In this document: positions 24,873-28,794 of the stretch, one piece after another
Layout of the letters: each line of letters starts with the position of its first letter
Position numbering within the stretch: the stretch's first letter is position 1
Virus record (IMG/VR): IMGVR_UViG_3300046005_001196
Span: 1 to 28,794 of that record
Origin: a virus
Lineage: Duplodnaviria > Caudoviricetes
Length of the DNA stretch: 28,794 bases
Direction: 5' to 3' (one strand)
The notes under the pieces: model-generated
Seen by the model: the letters and a program-made list of their open reading frames with translations, nothing else
What the model was told of the DNA's origin: nothing
Databases searched by the model: none
Made by a program: the position numbers and the translations under genes

Positions 24873-25128
24873 ACGAATTGTAAGGGACGCCGAGTGTTAC
24901 CAGTGGACGGGTGATAATACTCAGGAAATCGTAGATTTTTTAGGTAAGCACGGCATGGTCGGCAGTCTATATCGAGACAAGTTCCTATCGGTACGAAAAG
25001 ACGGATTCGTCGTGCATACGATGTGGCCTGGCAGTTGGGTGATAGAAGGCGAGGATCACGAAATCAGGTTTTACAGCGATGAAAAGTTTCGGACGATGTA
25101 CCAAACTATCCCGCAAGGGTTGTCGTGA
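24856..25128 (+). CDS. Hypothetical phage protein (90 aa)
   Basis: RBS AGGAGG; QWTGDN..EI..F, GSWVI, F...Y pattern. Confidence 0.8.
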   Translation: MKPTHRRIVRDAECYQWTGDNTQEIVDFLGKHGMVGSLYRDKFLSVRKDGFVVHTMWPGSWVIEGEDHEIRFYSDEKFRTMYQTIPQGLS

Positions 25129-25142
25129 TTTTTCATAACGGG

Positions 25143-25390
25143 GTGCGCTGATGTTGAACCCAGTCTTATCAGCGTAGCACGCGGCGGTATGGTTCACGGC
25201 GTAAATAAACTGCCAAGCCGCCCAACCTCTGCCCTCAACAATCGCAATGAGGGAACGAAAACTGGAAAGCGATGACAGCTTGGAAAGACAAGCACCAACA
25301 CAGCTGCACCCTGTTCCTGCGATCTGCGATTAAAGGGTAAATCGCTTTCCCTGTGGGCGCGGACAGGTTCAGGGTGCAGCTGTGTTGGTG
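25143..25390 (+). ncRNA. Candidate structured non-coding RNA / cis-regulatory leader
   Basis: Five consecutive stems in a ~300 nt gene-free gap, the last closed by a perfect 21-bp inverted repeat (25293-25313 / 25370-25390). Confidence 0.6.
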
Positions 25391-25424
25391 AACGTAGCGG
25401 CAACACTTTTAGAAAGGAAGAACC

Positions 25425-25520
25425 ATGTTCATAAGTGGCTGGAAATATATAAAAGTCGGCTTGTTAGCGGTGTCGGTAACAGTGGGAGCGTGGTATTTAT
25501 TCTTCCACACCCTGCCATGA
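25425..25520 (+). CDS. Small membrane peptide (31 aa)
   Basis: RBS TAGAAAGGA; MFISGWKYIKVGLLAVSVTVGAWYLFFHTLP. Confidence 0.65.
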   Translation: MFISGWKYIKVGLLAVSVTVGAWYLFFHTLP

Positions 25521-25529
25521 GACCGCACA

Positions 25530-26927
25530 ATGGATGTTGACATACTATCAAGCGTTAACTGGAAGGCACTTCCGAGTGCTGACAGAATAGCGTATGTGGC
25601 GCATGCTGAATGGCTTAGCAAAGCACACCCGTATCAAGTGCCGCCGCCTATGGAGATGGATTGGTACGTATGGCTCTTGCTTGCTGGCCGTGGAGCCGGG
25701 AAGACCGCTGCCGCTGCCGAGGGTCTTTGGTGGTGGGCGTGGACGTATCGATTCAGGAGCTTGGTTCTGGCACCCACCAGTAACGACTTGAAGCACACTT
25801 GTTTTGAGGGTCAGTCGGGCTTGCTAAGCGTGATTCCCAGCAAATTGATCCAGTCCTACAATAAATCCGAGCATCAGATCATCCTAACCAACGGTGGTTC
25901 AATTCGCGGCATATCCGCTGACTCTTATGAACGCTTGCGCGGTCCACAGTTTCACGCCGCGTGGTGCGACGAATTAGCAGCATTCAACTATCTCGGAGAA
26001 GGTCAGGCATGGGACATGATGAACATGGGCTTGCGCTTGGGTGACAGTCCGCGTGTCATTGTGACAACCACGCCGCGTAACAAGGAGTTGATTCTCGAAC
26101 TCATAGATCGTGAGGGTGATGATGTAATCATAGACCGTGCCACCACATACGCAAACATCAAGAATCTCTCCAGCACATTTTCCAAGCAGCTAGAGAGGTA
26201 CAAGGGCAGCAAGCTGTACGACCAAGAGGTATTGGGGCAGGTTATTGATCTTGAGGTCGGCAAAGTAGTTAGCAGGTCGATGTTCAAGCTGTGGCCGCAT
26301 TCGAAAGCGTTTCCGAAGTTTGAATACATTGTGCAGAGTTATGACTGCGCATTTACTGACAAACTGTGGAATGACCCTACGGCCATGACCACATGGGGGG
26401 TTTTCAAGCCGCTTGATGGTCCGATGTCGATTCTGCTTATCGATTGTTGGGAAGAGCACCTAACCTTCCCAAGCCTCAAGCCGAAAGTGATTGAAGAATT
26501 TGGAGTAGTGTACGGCGAAGGCGTTGATGCAAGACGGCCTGATATGATACTGGTGGAAGACAAAGCTGCTGGAATTAGCTTGATTCAAGAACTCCAGAAA
26601 GCCTACCTGCCAGTCAGGGCATGGAATCCGGGCAGGGCAGATAAAATGCAAAGGCTTCAAATAACAGCGTCTGTATTCACGTCTGGCCGGGTATGGCTTC
26701 CTGAGAACAAAACCAAGCGCGGGTATGTGAGAGGTTGGGCAGAAGGTATGTTGAGCCAGCTTTGCAGCTTTCCAGATAGCACTCGTGATGACTACGTGGA
26801 CTCGACCACACAGGCTATACGGTTCCTGTCAGACACCGGATGGATTGAAATAAACTCACAACCATATGACCCAGATTCAGATTCAGACGAAAGCAACGAT
26901 ATGCAAGGCAACCCATACGCAGTTTAA
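25530..26927 (+). CDS. terL: Terminase large subunit
   Basis: Walker A LAGRGAGKT, LRGPQFHAAWCDE (Walker B), VTTTP, RNase H-like domain SYDCA...VEDKAAG...DDYVDS. Confidence 0.95.
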   Translation: MDVDILSSVNWKALPSADRIAYVAHAEWLSKAHPYQVPPPMEMDWYVWLLLAGRGAGKTAAAAEGLWWWAWTYRFRSLVLAPTSNDLKHTCFEGQSGLLSVIPSKLIQSYNKSEHQIILTNGGSIRGISADSYERLRGPQFHAAWCDELAAFNYLGEGQAWDMMNMGLRLGDSPRVIVTTTPRNKELILELIDREGDDVIIDRATTYANIKNLSSTFSKQLERYKGSKLYDQEVLGQVIDLEVGKVVSRSMFKLWPHSKAFPKFEYIVQSYDCAFTDKLWNDPTAMTTWGVFKPLDGPMSILLIDCWEEHLTFPSLKPKVIEEFGVVYGEGVDARRPDMILVEDKAAGISLIQELQKAYLPVRAWNPGRADKMQRLQITASVFTSGRVWLPENKTKRGYVRGWAEGMLSQLCSFPDSTRDDYVDSTTQAIRFLSDTGWIEINSQPYDPDSDSDESNDMQGNPYAV

Positions 26928-26942
26928 CTAAAGGAGAATGAA

Positions 26943-27173
26943 ATGAAATTATTATACACAGCACTACTCGTGGCTGCTGGCGCACTGCTGTTTAATAGTG
27001 AATACATCGCTAGCATAGGTTTCTTCATCTCCGGTATTTGCTTGGCCGTTGCTGCGAGTGTGCGTGACAAATATGAGATAGATATGGTGATTAAAGATCG
27101 TCAACTCGCAGTAGAACGTGAGTATAGATACGTATGTGTGGATAATTACATCAAACAAAGGGGAACGGTATGA
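26943..27173 (+). CDS. Hypothetical membrane protein (76 aa)
   Basis: RBS AAGGAG; two hydrophobic segments in the N-terminal half. Confidence 0.75.
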   Translation: MKLLYTALLVAAGALLFNSEYIASIGFFISGICLAVAASVRDKYEIDMVIKDRQLAVEREYRYVCVDNYIKQRGTV

Positions 27174-27264
27174 TCTATACAGAAGAGCTGCGCAATAATG
27201 TACGAAAGAGAAAGAATGAGGCTACTTGCACACGAGCTTTTAAATAGCAGAGGGGAGAACGAAA

Positions 27265-28089
27265 ATGATAAATTTAGAAAATGTGATAAAAGCAGCGCGT
27301 AAAATTGATTATTTTGGTTTACTGGGAAAAGAATATATTCTTGTTGACTTCTTGAAATCCTACAACGACCTGCAAGAAAAAGCCTGCTCCGATCCAGAAG
27401 CATGGCGTGAGAAATGCCGCGAGAAGCAAGCGGCGGGGGTGAAGTACGCGTGGCGAGACAAACTCGGAAACTGGAGAATGGAGGAGCAATTGGTTTTTTG
27501 TTTTGATAAAGAAAACTACCGAGAAGTTGTTGAAACACCCAAGCCACCGTTCCCTGATCTCGGAGGAATTCAGAACAGAATCCGCGAAGCACTAAACATA
27601 GAGGGGAAACATGGTAACTGGAACTTCGACCCGTACATGCATGGTATGTACAACGGGATGGAATTTGCCTTATCCATTGCAGAAGATAGAGAGCCTCAAT
27701 ATAAGGATGCTCCTGCACGCTGGCTATACAAGTGCAAAGGCATAGAAGAAACGCCCAAGCCAACAATCCCACACATAGCAGAACGCAAACTCTGGCTGGC
27801 ACAGAGAGAGGCGGGTACGAATGAGGTGTGGCAGATAAAGTATCCACCAGCAGGGAATTGGGTAGATATAGCCGATGGCACGGAGCCTCACTGGTGTCCT
27901 CAACATGAATACCGCGTAAAGCCCAAGACCGAAAAGCGGTATATGGCTATGGTTAAAACGGCAGAGGCTCGCCGAGTAATAGCCGTTTCATCCCGTGATG
28001 AGGAAACAAAAGAACAGTTTAGGGAACGGGTGATATATAGCCGCTGGACTTTACTTGGTGACATCGTTGAGAGGGAGACGGAGCTATGA
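27265..28089 (+). CDS. Modular hypothetical protein (274 aa)
   Basis: RBS GGAG; central HGNWNFDPYMHGMYNGMEFALS segment flanked by ETPKP repeats. Confidence 0.8.
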   Translation: MINLENVIKAARKIDYFGLLGKEYILVDFLKSYNDLQEKACSDPEAWREKCREKQAAGVKYAWRDKLGNWRMEEQLVFCFDKENYREVVETPKPPFPDLGGIQNRIREALNIEGKHGNWNFDPYMHGMYNGMEFALSIAEDREPQYKDAPARWLYKCKGIEETPKPTIPHIAERKLWLAQREAGTNEVWQIKYPPAGNWVDIADGTEPHWCPQHEYRVKPKTEKRYMAMVKTAEARRVIAVSSRDEETKEQFRERVIYSRWTLLGDIVERETEL

Positions 28090-28406
28090 GTGACGGAACG
28101 TTATTAGGAGACAGGAAAGCAGCCGCTGACGTGGTCAGGCGAAAAGAGGGGTATAGATTGGTCGTTGAATATTTGGACGCGGTAGAAGCGGAGCTGGCGG
28201 TGCTACGCTCTTTTGTTGATAAAATTTTGCCGCTATCCAAGCAGGCGGATGTGTCGTCCGAAGAAATTGCTATCATAGGGGCTAAGCACGGACTACTGAT
28301 CAAATCGACTGTCTATAAAGCGTGCTCACCGGGCTGCATATGCGATGACACGTTCAGCGAAGAAGAGTTTGCAGCGGGCGTGGCGTGTTATTGTTTAAAA
28401 TCTTGA
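28086..28406 (+). CDS. Hypothetical protein (106 aa)
   Basis: ATGA overlap; Cys-rich C-terminus (CSPGCIC...CYC). Confidence 0.75.
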   Translation: MSDGTLLGDRKAAADVVRRKEGYRLVVEYLDAVEAELAVLRSFVDKILPLSKQADVSSEEIAIIGAKHGLLIKSTVYKACSPGCICDDTFSEEEFAAGVACYCLKS

Positions 28407-28421
28407 GAGATAGGCGAAATT

Positions 28422-28794
28422 ATGAGACTCATCATCGAAACGATTGATACCGTAAATGAAGACGACACACGAGACAATGAATTTGTGCAGCTAATAGAGC
28501 GGCGCATTGGCGAATTTTACGATGTGTACCCCGTTCAATCATACCAGTGCATGGATCGCTTTTTAACAAGCGATGGGGCGATTGTAGAGATCGTCGCGGT
28601 GTCTTTTGTTCTCGAAACGCCTAACAATGAGGGGTGTCACGAAAGATTGACAAGCAAAATGTGTGACGAAATACTCTCCTTTTGGAAGGAAAAAGCATTC
28701 GTCGTCTGGCGGAAGCGACCAGAGTTCAGAGTGGACAATAATATCAACGGAGAGTCAGTAGTGCGACTACGCCTCAGGATAGGTGGGCATGGTT
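28422..28794 (+). CDS. Hypothetical protein (partial, runs off window end)
   Basis: ATG 28422; manual translation MRLIIETIDTVNEDDTRDNEF...VWRKRPEF...LRLRIGGHG is open to the end. Confidence 0.65.
   Translation, partial: MRLIIETIDTVNEDDTRDNEFVQLIERRIGEFYDVYPVQSYQCMDRFLTSDGAIVEIVAVSFVLETPNNEGCHERLTSKMCDEILSFWKEKAFVVWRKRPEFRVDNNINGESVVRLRLRIGGHG

Noticed and set aside
25129-25424. tRNA or hammerhead ribozyme
   Set aside because: No T-loop GTTCRA or cloverleaf; CTGATG is followed by T rather than the hammerhead CUGAUGA core.
27170-27303. Two short overlapping ORFs (MIYTEELRN... and MYERERMRLL...) suggesting a frameshifted gene
   Set aside because: Too short, no slippery site or homology evidence available.
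27146-27847. 233 aa minus-strand ORF
   Set aside because: Antisense to the RBS-supported 274 aa gene in a uniformly plus-strand region.

Overview
A 28.8 kb segment of a tailed dsDNA phage genome, probably podovirus-like, with two divergent arms. The left arm (minus strand, 1-6669) is head morphogenesis: small terminase, a PcfJ-like virion protein, portal, a GroES-like co-chaperonin and a probable scaffold. A ~250 bp non-coding hub with nested inverted repeats and back-to-back sigma70-type promoters separates it from the right arm (plus strand). The right arm carries a Prim-Pol/helicase, a cluster of small early genes, an AT-rich nucleotide-metabolism cassette (YfbR/DatZ-like HD hydrolase, divergent tandem ThyX-like protein, nucleoside 2-deoxyribosyltransferase, HPRT, MazG-like protein) coupled to a DnaQ-like exonuclease and a C-family DnaE polymerase, two HNH endonucleases, an SNF2-type helicase, a probable SSB, a resolvase-like nuclease, and a large terminase displaced ~19 kb from its partners on the opposite strand. 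Most notable: the nucleotide cassette (possible non-canonical base or dNTP-pool remodelling), an HNH gene between an orphaned helicase 5' end and a replacement one, an H-type pseudoknot upstream of the SSB gene, and a structured ~250 nt element upstream of TerL. A betaproteobacterial host is inferred. All protein calls come from motif recognition by eye; no database searches were run.
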